Below are positions 35,669 through 50,600 of a DNA stretch of 64,000 bases, piece after piece. The translations under genes and the position numbers were made by a program. Each line of letters opens with the position of its first letter. Position 1 is the first letter of the stretch. Source of the stretch: Thalia democratica (taxonomy: Eukaryota). The stretch spans positions 12,462,001-12,526,000 of the forward strand of contig OZ241831.1 of NCBI GenBank assembly GCA_965202585.1. Reading direction: 5' to 3'. The notes beneath the pieces were generated by a model. The model saw only the letters and a list, made by a program, of their open reading frames with translations, was not told the DNA's origin and made no database searches.

Positions 35669-38600
35669 GTAAGTCATGTGTTACCTTCTACATTAAGTTT
35701 CGAATATATTAAGTAAATTTTAAAGCGTTTAGTAAGGTTTAAGTCAAATTTTATAGTCTTTGTAATTAATTTTCTTGTATATTTAGTAACACACGGTAAA
35801 AAAAGTTCTTTTAAAAAAGCTTAAACTGCTAAAAAGATGATCTGAATCGAGTAACAAATAACTTTTATAAAAACTACATATCTAAAAAACTTTTAGGTTG
35901 ATATTAATTCAAAGAGTTAAACTTACTGATAAATGTTTTGATATTTTCAGATAATTTGAAGCCATAGTTTTTCTTTTAGCGAGTTTTTATACAAACTGTA
36001 TAGAAAACTAACTGTCTCATTATAGCTACTAAATGATAACAAAACAAAAAAAAAACTTGAAACAACAATTTAGCTTCCTACACAAAGCTACAATTTTCCA
36101 ATTAAACATTGCAAAATAAGAACATCTTTTGCAAAATATCCACAATAACACAAAGCCAGTGCAGCTTAAAACTTTTGCTTTCACGTCGAATTATGCTTCC
36201 ATAAAAAAAAAACTTTATATAATCTGCTTAGCGGTTAATGGATTCTGGCTGCAACTTTGTTCTTTCTTTTTGGAATCTGTTTCTTTGAGCGGCTTCATTT
36301 CCAGTAAGTGCAATAATTTTGCAGTATGCTGTTTTTTATGACTAACTGTTTGAATCCTTAAACATGCATAGTTCTCGTTTCTTGAAGAGTGTGGTAATAT
36401 AATTTTTTTGAATAAGTTGTATTTTATCACGAGAACTTAATTAATAAAATAAAATTGTTAAATTACTTTTTACTTACTAACTTTATGATAAGTTTCAAAT
36501 ATTTATTAAGTTATTAAAAATATAACTTCTAAAAAACTTATTTATGTAGTTTATGTTTAATACTATCTTAAACAGTTTAAATTTTTTTCTTTGTCGTACT
36601 TTTGTTATTATAAGATAGCTTTTATGCTCTATATGCTGTAAAACTAAATGTTTGTTTTTCTTTTTATATGTTTCAAATGTATATGTCTTCATCAAATGCT
36701 TTTATTTGTAACAGGTAGAAACTTTTACTAAACAAACTTAATTAATTAACCTCTGTATAAAACATTACGATGTCAAAAAAACATGTTCTTAAAACGTATT
36801 GACGTTATTTTTTCAGCAGAAAAAGTCGAACTTTTGACATTTTTAATTAAAAGCAAAAGGCTTATTCTGCGTTGTATTGTAAAGCTCCGTGTACCAAATG
36901 AAAATCATGTTGGAATTCGTGTAGATAATCGTGTTTATTTTCAGACTTGTATTAGGTTTAATTGCCTTTAACCATAAACGTGATCTGTACCTTTTTATAC
37001 TGCGAGACTTGAAAGTTTCGTGCGCCTCGAGTGCTTACGAGAATAACTTGAACTTGCTCCGTTGCTACGTATGCGAGCAAACAGCTATAAAGTTAACGCG
37101 AACAAAACGTTTTCAACAGAAAAATCACATCAAAGTAAAACAGCTTTCATGTAAACGAAACATGTACAAAGAAGCTTCCTAAATTGTTCGAAAACGCATA
37201 AGATAACCTTCTTATTTTCGCTAAGTTGAACAACTCTATTTCCGCGCCTTTTCCAATCTTGCAAACGAATTTGTATGGCACTGTGCCTTTAAAACAACAA
37301 CTGGTAAGAGGTTTGGGAGAGAATAAAGGAGTTGGCTTGACCAGCTAAGTTGTTGTAAAAAGACTGTCTAAAAGTGTTTTGTGCAGCAATTGTTTATGGA
37401 AGCCATTAAATTCGATTTTAAAAAAATGCGTACAGTCAATAGTTTAGCCAACGTGTTTATGTAAACCAAATTTTTTGAAAATTAATCTCTAAAGAAATTG
37501 CTTAAGCTTTTTAATTGCGTTTTCAATAAACCATAAACTTGAACTTAAAGCATTGTTCTGGTTTTTGTTTTCAGCTGATTATTTGTTAAAAAGACAGGAC
37601 TTTCTTTTACAGTAAACCTTTGATAAAAGTTTATTTATATTGGTTTTTAATCCTAAAGACTTATGCATGTTTTAAAAGCTTTACTTGGTTTACAGACAAA
37701 TAACAAGTAAAAATATAAATGATATTTTTAAGCTTTAAAATAAATTTTTATGTAATATTGTACAGAAGCTATAAGTATTTTTGAATTGACAAAAGTTAAA
37801 GTATTCAAGACTATTTAAGTAAAAGCTAGCTGTTATGCTTGACAAAATGAAAACTACAAAACTTTTTTTTACAATAATTCTTTTTTTTTAATTTGTATGC
37901 TTTTAGTTTAAGATATACGTTTTAATTTTTTTATGGATTTACTTATAACCAATTAAAAGTGCGATTACAAAATAAATTTATTTGAATTGGTTACAAAAAA
38001 GTTTTAAAAATCTAAAATTTAAATTATTTATTCGTTTATAGAAACTTGAAAATTTTTCATTACTATAAAAACTAATTTGTACAAAATCAAACTGGCCGTC
38101 ACACAATTTAAAGCGATTAGTTTGCTAATAAATTTAAGTTTAGAGAAAAAATTTTCATCTTCACACCATGTTTTTTGTATGTTTTTTTTTTTTGGCCACC
38201 GAAGATCGATACTGATTAGTTGGTTAGCAAACAAGTTGACCAATAGCAAACCAGTGATTTCTGAGCTAGAACCTGGCGTTTGGCCTAACCTTGTTATTTA
38301 CATGACATAAATATTACACAAGCGGGTTTAAAATAAGTTACTACAGTTAAGCATAACAAAGTTTTTGAAAAAATCTGCTTCTACAAGAAAGTCAGCTTGA
38401 CACTCAAATAAGTCTGTCATACTAGCAAGTTCAAACAAAAAACAAAAAAGTCTAATAATTATTAATACTTTAAAATAAAAATAGTTCTAAAATAAACCTA
38501 AAACTTTCTTTAAAAAAGAGGTTTTGTATTTTTTATTTAAGTATATAATATAAGTTTCAGCTGTTTGTATCTGAAACTATGATAAGAACAAGTATATAAT

Positions 38601-41600
38601 ACTTAAGGTTTTATTAACAAACATGCTTTTACTGTTAAAATATAGAAAAATCAAAAGTAAAATATTTTTTTTATTTTACTAAAAGTCAAAGATTAAGATA
38701 AAACTTGGTATAAATAAGATAAATTTTACGATAATTTGTACTTTTAATTTGTGTTTCGCAAAAGGAAAATTGAGTTTAAGTAAAAAAACAAGCATTTTAG
38801 GTAAAAAGATTTTTACAGTGTTTGCTCTTTTTTATAAAAAACACTTGATGCATAGCTCATTAATAAACTAGATTTATAATAAATAAATCTGCTACAACAT
38901 TTTTTATTTTTAAATACTAATGTATTATTATTCTAAAACAGTAATTATTTATCTGATTCATAAATTGTTTTTGAAACATTTTGTGGTAATTTTTTTATAC
39001 ATAAAATGTTTACTAATATATATAAAACAGTTCAGCTTATAAAGATTGTTTATAATAAATTGGTAATACGAATTGTATCAATTTTTAAAAAGCATAAACT
39101 CTTGAGAAAAAGACTAAAACGTTCGATTAAAGTACTTATAAAATGACATTATTATGCTTCATGCATTTTACGGAAAACGAACGAAAACCACAATTACATA
39201 ACAATAATCGATTGTATCATAAATACACCAATCATTTAAAAGAAAGCCTAAATGTCTAATATGGGTATTTAAAATCAAGTTTATTTTCTTATCGAATATA
39301 TGATGCAGTTTCGAATGTTAAAAATAATAACTCATCAGTGCTCATATCAGACGACAAAACATCAAAATTTCCTCCTAACAAACCGTACGAAAACGCGTTG
39401 CTCAATTTCTTAGTAACCCAAAAAATCGTGCTCAGCTTTTTCTTCGAAACACGCTCGGCAGCGAAATCGAACATCGAAAAAACGTGGTTGGTGCGTGCGT
39501 GGCGCTTGCGTGTGTGATTAAAATTAGCACACAGACGACAACGTTGAATGAAGGGGGGATAATTTCCATCGGGATTTTCTTCTCTTGTGTGCGTTGTGCG
39601 CTCATTGTGAATTGACGACGTGCATTTGTGTGTGTTTGGAATTACAAGTAATTGCCTGGAACAATGGCCAAATTATCGGTCGGCTTGACCCGTATGTCCA
39701 GAAGTGTTGTTGTTGCATTGTCGCCTGAATGCTTCTGGAAAAGTTTATACGCTTTCATTTCGGACGATACTGTGGCAAGATGACCTTTCCTTCTCTTCGT
39801 AACGTGCTTCAAAAATTAGAGATACATTGTTGTATCTGGACACAAAAATAAAGTTGTGCAAAGTTTAAAATGGTTTGTACAAAAGTTTCCAGATTACTAG
39901 TTTATCTCGATTTCTCATGTACACCAAAACATCATAAGTTTTAAAATATATTTTTGTGCTTAAAATATTTTTTTATAAGATTTTATAGTGTGTGAAGCTT
40001 AAAGAAAATAAATTATTTTTGTGAAAGTTTTAACTTCATATTATGCCATATATTCTAACTAAGAGAAAAAAATTGCAGTTTAACTTTAAAACAAGCGGTA
40101 CTTAGAAAATTATTTCATAACGTTTCTAAAAATTTGATTGCTAAAAACAGTTATAGAACAGTACAACTCTAGCTTAACTTATGGTAAAGATTCAGTTTTT
40201 AAAAAACAAAATGCAAAATTTATGCTACTAATACGAAAATTTAACAAGAGTGTGAGCTTATCCTTCTTATGGTCTTATAAAGAAAAAAAAAATACTATTT
40301 AACTTCATGTCGCTGGGGTGCAACACCGAAACTGTTTTGTCATAAATATCATTTAGTATTCAAATGTGTCGCGAGTCAAACATTTGAAAGAGAGCTGAGC
40401 TGGGTGCGCATGATAGAAATTGCTTGATGATTTTAGTTCACCTAAGCTGCGCGCTAAGAAGATATATGAGTCAAACGTGTGTAGTATTGATTTGTTTCAT
40501 GACTCTGATTTTTATGCTCTAAACTTTCTTCTTATAACTCATTTTTTGACTTGTGACCTTTTTACGCGCACTGCTATTTATGCAGCAGTTTTTGCTAACT
40601 TGAAAAATAGTTGTATTAAATCAGAATCGATTCGGTTTTGGAAATTATAAAACAATTTTTTATTGCTATAATAAAAATATCTTCAATTAAAAGTTACACT
40701 CAAAATGCAGTTAATTCAGTGTTTTACATCCGTCTTGTAAAATTTGAGTTTAGACATACTTAATTTTAACATAAATTAGGTAGAATAATATATAAATAAA
40801 GTATATAAGTATATAAAATATAATATTAGTTTGAACACTAGAAAAATTAATTTAGTATCAGTTGAACACAAGCTATATTTAAAAGCTATTTGAAAAATGA
40901 TGGTGTCCAATTTTGGTACAGTTTTTTAAACCGTTGTAATATTTAAATTTTGATAAAACCAAATAATTAAATTCTAAGCATAGAAAGCAGCTTGTTATAA
41001 GTTTCTGAATTTTAAAATCGAATTTAAAATTTTTTTGAGCTTTTGCAGCTTTTAAACGCAAATGTCAAAGTCAATACAGGCGCGTAGGTTTTTTCGCCAA
41101 ATTGGAAAGTGAGCGTAATCTGAAGTGAGCGCACGAACAGAACGCAACTAACTGCGTTTTATTGCCTAGTTCAAGGTGCATAGTTAAATCAAAGGTTAAT
41201 CTGATGTTGCGGTCAACAATAAAGACGCAATTCATTAATAATGCGAGCCAGCACTGAATAGAGACCGACGGCGCTTTGAAGTTTCATGCGCGAACACTTT
41301 CAAATTTGACGAAAGAAACTCGCATCATTGCTGGTTGCTGTTCTGTCTTTTCGTTTTACTGTTACAACTTCTGTTTGCGAGCAACAAGAGTATATATACA
41401 CTTTTTTAGGGTTTTAGTTGCAAAAGCTTTGATACAAGTCGTCAGCTATATTAAAAGAAACACGCAAGTTAAACTTCTGCTTAAGTGTTTTTAGGAAATT
41501 TTTAACTTTTTTTTCCCTTTATTAACAGTCTAATTTCTTCAATAAAAGTACAATTTGAAATTCATTGCTTGGGGTTTTTGTTGTTTTTGTTTGTTGAAAT

Positions 41601-44600
41601 CCGCTTCATTCCGCCCTACAATTAGTTTACTCATAATTTATTTTTGTTAGAAAAATTTTCTTCATTCTCTACAACATCCGCTAAAACTACTTTTAAAATT
41701 AAACATTAGTACCTATTACCAATAAATATTAGTTCTAATAATTGATTATATAGTTGCACAACATTAAAAGACCATAAATTAATATTTATAACGCTTTATA
41801 TATATTTAATACGTGTTGTTTTTATGTTTAATTTAACTTTGACGCATATAATATGACACATGTTGCAATATATGCAAGTTACGGAAATGTCAAAGTATAA
41901 CAACTTAAAAACTTTATTTGTATGTATATAACCGAAAGTAAAAGGTTTAGATGACAAGATGTTATTTTCACTTTAGATACGTCTACTCGTACTATAATGT
42001 GTTGGTTCTAATGATCTCTTTCTTATAAATATGATGTCATTAAAAAAAAGTATTTTCTTTTATACTTCTATGGTAAAACTAAAGAACATACATTTTCTGC
42101 TACTTAAATATTACTTGTTAAAAAATCTTCAATTTAATCATTTTAAATTTAATGAGTTAGATATTGCATGTTTCTGAAAAGATATGATTAATCATTACCT
42201 AAGTTTTGTGAAATAAAAGTATACTTGTTGTAAAGTTTAGTATACTACAAAATTACCTGTTCTTCTTATGCATTTATAATCTTGGAAGTACTTGCATCGT
42301 TTGGACGTGGTTTAAGTTTTTGAAATTGCTTCTAATAATAACAAGTTTTTATTAAAGTTTCAACTAAACTGTTTTGCTGATGTAGTTTTTTATTTTTAGT
42401 CGACAAGCTGTTTAAGAAAGTTTCAAATTAATAGCCAAAGTAACTAATAAGTTCACCTTCGCACATAAAACAATTTTTATCATTAGATTGTGTGAGCTCG
42501 AAATAAGAAAAATTACAACGCTTTTTAACGTATAAAATCGCAAAAAATCAGTATTTTATATTTGCTAACGGAGTGAAAAATGTAATTTTTGTGAAAAGAA
42601 ACCAACTTGAGTCAAAAATAACGACTTAATAAGCTTTTTTTTATCCATACATATTTTCAGTGTTCTTATCAAACTAGAAATACGTGTAATATTAATCTAG
42701 AACACAACTGCATGTTACTATATAGCGGATACCTTATTTCTCACTTTGAGATGCGTGAACCAATTTGTCTTGTAAAACCAAAGATATTTTTTTATAATTA
42801 AAAGAAAGTACATTACATTAACTCAGTCTTTTTTTAATATGTTTAGAGACTATTAACATCAAATACTAAAAACAACTTTGCACAGATTAAATAATAACTA
42901 CTAACAATAACAAACACTAATATAATGCTTTAAAATATCTTTATAAGTAAAAAATAAATGACTTTTATCATAAAAACATAAATATAAATTTTTTGTTAAT
43001 TTTTTTCTCTCAATTTTCTGTAAACTTTAAAAAAAAATTTCTATTCCAAACTTTAGGAGTGCTTTCTAGTATCATAAATTACTATTTTTGTAAGAAATTA
43101 AAAGCAAATATTACAATGTTTCAAAAAAGAATAAATGATTCTTTTTAATGAATAAACTTAGCCTTTAATAACTTTGAACATGAATGTATATATATATATA
43201 TATATATATATAACATCGAATATGCTATTAAATGAAGTAAAATTTCAAAAGTTTAAATTTTAATATAGTTTTTTTTTTACTTAACAAATAAATGTAAACA
43301 ATTCTAGAAATAAAGCTAATATATAATAAGAAAACGATTTGTTAAATTAAACAAAAGCTAAATTAAAATTAGCTTAGAATAAAAAATATTTTATAAAAAA
43401 TTTATAACTATTGTTATAATGGTTATTAGTTTAGTTTAAAATTTTCTTTTATCTTTAATATGCGAGGGCTAACACGTCTTATGTTAAAAGTTCAGAGATT
43501 TTTACATACATTTCTAATTATATTTTATTAACACTTTGACAGCAAACCGAACTTTTAATATTTACACTACTTTCAAGTTTAAAGCCCGTAAAACTGCACA
43601 CTTAATTTATAAATACTGCAAAAACTATGCTATGAAAGTTATTTTTGATTTTCTCGACGTAACAAACATCCGTAAACTGTTTGATAAGTTTCAAATAAAC
43701 AAGTTTTAGTATAAAAAAGTTATGAATTAATTATTTATGAAAAAAAATTAAACTTTATTTTCAATATTTACATTAAGCAATGATACCCTTTAAAAAGGTC
43801 AAACTACACATTTTTTTATCTTTCCTTAAAAAATATTCACTGGGCAAGTTTCTAATACGGAAAGTTATTTATTTTATGAGCTAGTAGTTAACATAATTAA
43901 TTATTACCTTGTATTACCATTAGAATGGAAAATACATTCCAAAAATTACATGAATTAATTTTTCAATCAATAAATCAGATAATTTTTATTACAATAACAA
44001 TCTACAGAAACTAAAAGGTTCATGTACTTCAGAGTTTCCCAAATTTTTTCAAAAGGCCTCCTTTACAGAAATTAAAAAGCTATGGCCCCCTCCAACAAAA
44101 TTTTAAAAAATACTACTATTAAAACCGCCTAAAAATTTCTTTTTTTTATTTAATTTTTGCTCTGCATCATCAACTCCAGAATATTTAGTGCAAGTTTCAA
44201 ATTATAGCCTTGTATCTCTCCTTTTACGGCTTGTGGCCCCCTAAATTTCCTTAATTTTTTTATTATACCTAGTATAAGTTTCAATAAAACGCCTACAACC
44301 TTTTTTTTTGCTCTTCATAAACGACTCCAGAATATCAAGTGGAAGTTTCAAATTATGATCTCATTGCCCCCTGTGGCCCCTTTGCTGCTCTGGCCCTCAA
44401 GGGGCCAACTTGGCCCAGTTTGATAAACCCTAGTTACATGTACATACAAAAACAAAACTCAAGTTTTACTCATATAATTCAATTTTTCAGTAAGTTTTTC
44501 ACCGCATGGTGCGAAAAGAGTCGTTATTATTTACGTTGTAATCAGTTTTTAGGTCATCTTAGCATTTATAGTTACATTAGTTTACACTAAAAGTTCAAAC

Positions 44601-47600
44601 TAGTTGCTAGCGTCCAGAAATTACTTTTCAAAAAGTGTATAAGTGTAATACCACAAACTAGTAAGATTTAAATTTATTTATTAGCATTTTAAAAAGAGTT
44701 TTTTTTTAATTTTTTCAAGTGTCAAGTTTTACTTTAAGTTTGTTAAAGTTAGTCTCAGTATTTTAGTAGCTGAAGATTTTTTGTTAAAATCAATCGTAGC
44801 AACTTTAAAACTGTATTTTAACTTTTTAAAACTTATTAAAGTAAAAAACAGTAAAACAGGTCATTTAAATTTTTAGTAAAAATCGGTAATCGTTTTTTAT
44901 TTATAACCGACTAAAATTCAAGCTATAAAGCAATGTTCAAATTATTAACAATAAAAATAAAAAAACAAACAACTTATGAAAGAAGAAAAACAATTCAAAA
45001 ACAAACGTGTGGGTTTAAAAAATCAATAGAACAGAAAATCTATAAATCACTGTCAGCTAAGTATTTAATAAGTTAAAATGCTGTGCACAAGTTTTTTTTT
45101 GCTTTCTTTATCAATATTTTGATATAAACTGTTCGGAAAAACTCGTTTTTTTTTTTTTAAATTGTTTAGTAAAATTTTATTGGAATTTAATTTGGCGGTA
45201 TGAGATTGTTTAATACAAGCAAAATGTTTTTTAAATTTTTCAAAATATTCTGTATAATTATAGCTGTACATTATAGTAAGATTCTTGTCGTGAAAATCGC
45301 TGTTTAACTTATTGTCACTTAACAATCTTATATTATTAAAAATTCGTTAACTGTTACATGTTTTTAAATGAAAATGTTTAGGAAATTTTTTTTTTTTTTC
45401 TGTTTTAAATTTCATTCTATTTTAGAGAAAAATGAACAAACTTCATTTGCTTGATCTGTATGCATAATGTTTTAAAATAATCAAATAAACTTTTGAATAC
45501 CCTGAAAATATATTGTTGTAAATGTAAATTCGATAGATAAACTCAGTGATTTTATTGCTAGATTTTTAGTTCATTATTTTTCAAAATTTTAATGAAAGTT
45601 TTTGATTCAGCCTAAAATTTTTGATTGTAGTAGTATGGGTACACAACTATTCAAATTTAGACAATTCAAATTCTAATTATTATGGGTTATTGTTAGTAAT
45701 TTATTTTAATGAACTACAAAAGTATAAAAAAGTTTAATATAACCTACATAAGGTTTTTTTAGAAACTTAAAGAAATATCAATTTATACAAATTATAGTTT
45801 TTTTTTTTCCTTTTTATAAGTATTTTTTCAATTTTTTACCATCACCATTCTTATTAATTAGACCTACACGAGCATTTTTTTTTCACAAATAAAATACTTT
45901 TTTAAATGTGGCAACTCATAAATTTGTATAAAAATATGAATTTTCAGAATTTGAACTGTCGTAATTTGAGTTGTCATGTAACCTTTGGATACAAATGATA
46001 AAGGTTTAGAAAGGAAGAACTTTGTTGATAAATTTAATCAAGATTAAAGCTTTAATACTATTGTTATTCAAGACTTTAAAAACTGTAAGGTTTTTCTGAC
46101 TTTTAAGAAAAAAACTGGCGTTTATAGATCAAAGTTAAGTATTTTTTAAGTTAAATATTAAAAAACTGTTCGAAACAACCCTTATGTTTTATAAAATTAA
46201 AATTTAATAATGGTTTAAATCAAGTTTTTAAAACCTTAATGAAAGAGATTTCAAATAACTTTTCTTTATAAATCTTAAAAACTAAAATAAAGCGTATGAG
46301 CAATAATTATTAGCCATGTTTCTATTTTTTAAATTGAAATAGCTTTACTGAGAATCAGCTACATAAAAATTATTATTCTTAACAAAAAACCGTTATTTCC
46401 GAAGACAAACGCCGAACTAATAGTAAATTGTTTTGATACAAAGCACTAAACTTTTAACTTTAAGGGTCTAAAAAACATTATTAAAGTTCTAACTTTGATA
46501 TTAAAAAATAAAAAGATAACATATAAATAGTCTAAAAGTTAAAGCTAGAAGGCTTTTTAACGTTTGCTACTATGTCTTGATAATAAGCTACTTTTTAAAT
46601 CCAAAATAAAATCTATTTTAACTTTACCAAAGAATTAACAAAACTTTTAAAGTTCATAACTGTTTAGGAATTTATGAACCACCAAAACATTTACTCTTAC
46701 TTTTCTTCTTTAATCTCTAAAATTTAAAACTTTCAAGACTTTTGGTCGCAAACTAGACGCTTCAATTTTTTTCAAAAGTTTTTTTTTTTTGTGAAAATAA
46801 TCAATCAAAACGCAATAAGCGACCTTAACAAGCGCAACATTTCAAACGCCAAATGTAGGTTATACAATGAACAGCGCAGAAGCAAAAAGTAATTAGCGAT
46901 TACCGGGTGGCTTAAGCATGCGACCACTCGCTGGCGTCAGAGAGCTTTGAAGCGTGAAAGCGACGAATGAGGCGTCTTGCTGGCGTTCAGTAGCGATCAC
47001 AATTCGCAGGAAGAGCTTCACGTGGTCGTGTGATGACCGTGGTGTTCAATTGACGAGCGTGCTTTGTTGTCAGCAGCATAAGTGTTGTTTTTATGTGAAC
47101 AGTAGAACAGGTCGAGTAAACAACTTAAAAGTTTGCATGTCTGCAAATTAAAGTTAGGTTTGATTTTTTCAAAGTATGTTTTAGTTTAGGTCAGGTTGTG
47201 AAAGTTGCAGAACATTTTTAATGAGTTAGGAACATTTTTGTTTACTTACTTCAGTAAAGTTTTCTTGGTTGACACTCCTTTCTAGTTTTAAACTAACTTA
47301 AGTATGTTTCGCATCACGCTAAATATTTTTGTATAGAAACAAAGAACTTGCTTTGTATTACAACGAACCAGACCTGCAAAATTTTGCAACCACTGTTCAG
47401 AGAGAAAATTGCAGCAAAAATTTAAATTGTCGTTTGTAAAGTGCCGTTGGCTCTGCACATTTTCACGTGGGTAGTTAAATCTGAAATTTATTTTGCTCGT
47501 TATGCTGCTAACTGCGTGACCTTTTAGTAAAAACTTTAAATTTCATATCATTTTTTTCCGTGCAACTCTGGCTTTCATTAACATTTGCTCTGAATTAATT

Positions 47601-50600
47601 ACTCAAATAATGTCTTGCGATCATTTTTCATAAATTTTACTTTAAACTCTACAAACGTATGTTTACAATTAATAAAAATTCGACTTAAAATCAAAAACAA
47701 GCATGATGGAATTAACCGAAAGCCAGTAAAATTTCAAAACCAACAGCAACCGGACGACCAGCGAATCTGCGACTAAAAAGTCAAAACATTCTGCGCGCAG
47801 CAGAAATTAAAGAAATTCAAGACTGCTTCGATTGCCCCCCCTATTCCGCTCCTTCCAAACATACCAGGCCTCCACGATGAATTAATGATGAGAGAGCAGG
47901 TTTCTTGTGCGAGCATTGATTTTGCCCGACTCTCTCTGTGTGCTCGGCAGCCAGCCACTTCCTCAGCAATGCACATATCGGCGTATTAACCTCGCTCTAT
48001 TGAAGTTTACCAGCACAGCAGAGAGCACCTGTGTGAGAAAGTCGATTTGTTTGTGCTAACGAGTGCGGCGGAAACATTAGTTCGTTTGAACGGTAGAAAA
48101 TGTATGACACTTTCTTCGTTTGCTCGTAGATGAACTTTTATTGAATGCTCGTTCCGAAGCTGCAAAGTACAAAGGGATCAAACGTAGTTATTGCGTTGTC
48201 TGTTTTAGGAAATGCTTTAATCAAACGCTAGCTTGTTTCATTGTTAGGAAGAATGTACAGTATCATGTATCTTTAAATGTTTTGAAAATGCAGATTATTT
48301 TCAAAACCTGCCTCTTTTATAACAGCTTAGTTATCAGTTTAAGCGCCTGAGCTTAGACTTTTTTTTTCGGATAAGCGGTATAGCTGTATTTAAAAGTTAT
48401 TTGATAAAGTAAAATTTTAATAAGTTTGTTAGACTTTTCGACTATGTTTAAATATTTGCAGTTGTTTAATACAATAAACCGTTTTAAAGTATACAGTCTA
48501 CTTCTAAAATTTGCTATAAAAGTCAGTGATAATTAAGTGTGTTTCTAGATATCTATAATATTCTTAATGTCAGGTTAGAATATTTTCTGCAGTTGTAGAT
48601 TGTCAATATGTTTTTTTACGAGTCAAAAAGTACTAAAGTTATGAAACTATGCTTAATATACGTTCTTTTTATCATAAACATGTGTTTTAGCCTAGTTATT
48701 TCAAGCTTTACAGTTCTGTTTCTATTGGTGGAACAGTTGTTATTGAAAATAGTATTAAAATAATTTGAGTCATTTAAATATCAATAGTACTTTTTTGCTT
48801 ACAATACAGCTTTTTATTAACTTTTAACTCTTTTTACTTTTCTATTCTTATTCATATCACGTTTGCAATCATTTCAAATACCAACTGAGCCTTGCGAGTT
48901 AATTTCAGTTTGCCTTCAAACAAAACATAGGATGCGAGGTAGCAGAAGCTCGGCTCAGGCCAGACGAATTCTCGCAACCGAGGTAGTACAAGCAGGCTTA
49001 AGTAACAAGAAATTAATCAACTTTCGCTGCGCCGAGAGGTAGCCAGGTAAATGAGTTAATCCGTGTAGACGGAGCTGGAATGTCCAACAAGCTCTAATCA
49101 CTGCGAGCTAATCGACATCAGCGCTTCCAATTGTTTCCAAAAATTTCAAGTTTCGAGATCGAGCAAAAGAGAGCTGCAGTTGCCAACGACTTTTTTCCGC
49201 GTTTCAACGCCAACTTTCATCGAGCGAGTAAACAAGCTGAAGACTGGATAAGTTTTCACCACTTTCTTTGAAAAATTAGACCTACTTCCATAAAGCTTCT
49301 CTTCGCTTTTTGCGCGCTGGTTGCTGTTCTTTGAATACTTCGGGCCAACACGTTGTGAGAATGGCAATTCCGTCGTTTAGAATTAATCAGGATCAGCTGA
49401 AGTTTTCAGTTTTAGATTTAAAAAAGGGCATTAATTGTTCTGACTTTTTAATAAGTAGAAGTCATTTTTAAAGCCTGAAACACATATTACTATTAATAAT
49501 TTGATTATTTTTTAGCATAAGTTTGAATGTATGGTCAGTTTTTATTTGTTTGGATTTAAAGTAACTAAAATTCACTTCTCTAAGCTAAACTGTTATTTCC
49601 ATAAACAAGCAGCTATTCTTCTTTTATTAACTTCAACATAATGACCATGTGGTAAACTACATTTAAAACATTAAATTTATATTAAAAAAAAAGTTTTGAA
49701 AATCGATTCCTTATAATCAATACTCTATAGAAAACAAAGAAATTCCAAAGGTTTATATAAAATAAGTTTCTTTTTTCTTTTAGAGGTAATCAATTGTCTT
49801 TTAGCAAAAAAAATGTTTTAATCTGGTATTTTTCAAACTTTAAAGCTACCTTTACCTTAAAAATAATGTATATAAAGTACTTAGTACTATATTGTAGGAC
49901 TTAAAAACTTTTATTTTGTAATAATTACGTACCTTATTGTTCAAAACTTTTAGCGGAAATTAAATTTTGATTTAGTTTATAATTTTATACGTCTTAAATT
50001 TGTTACTACTTGAGTTATTTAAATTGATTTTTTTATTTTAAATTTCGAACCTTTTTGCTATTCTAATTCATAAGTAAAAACCATAACAATTCGACAAGAT
50101 ACTTATAACACTAGTTCTTTTTTTTCAAAGTAATTTGTTTTTAGTAAAAGTTTGTTTTGATTCTTCAGAGCATTGTTTTCTGGTAATTTCTTAGACAAAA
50201 CATCAATTTTCTGTGTTAGTTTGCTAACTCTCTCTTGTGGTAGAGTGGTAGGTGGGAAAGAAGTTTTTGAAAAACACTTTTTCATTGTTTTTTTAGTGCT
50301 TGTAGTAAAAGATTGAAAGCAAGCAAGAAAACGTAGTTTTATAGTTTATTTTTGAGTTTTTTCTTGGTAAGTAGTGTTTTTGGTAATATTTGCATTTATA
50401 GATACACCATGTTGCTTATACCTTTACTAATGCAAGTTTATGTAATTAATAACAAAAGGTAACAAAATAACTTCAAAACATAGAAATAACATTTAAACTT
50501 CTATAAAAAGTCGTATTAAATGTTGTTATTGTACTCGTTTTTCTGCATTTAATGTAAAGTAAGCAAACTCTTTTGTTTTATTAACTTAAGACTTCCAATT

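Noticed and set aside
39289-39474. Minus-strand [13 protein letters not shown]... and ORFs 34717, 47773 and 49146 in CpG islands
   Set aside because: Short, closed by stops without usable donors and with no recognisable motifs; better explained as promoter or UTR sequence.
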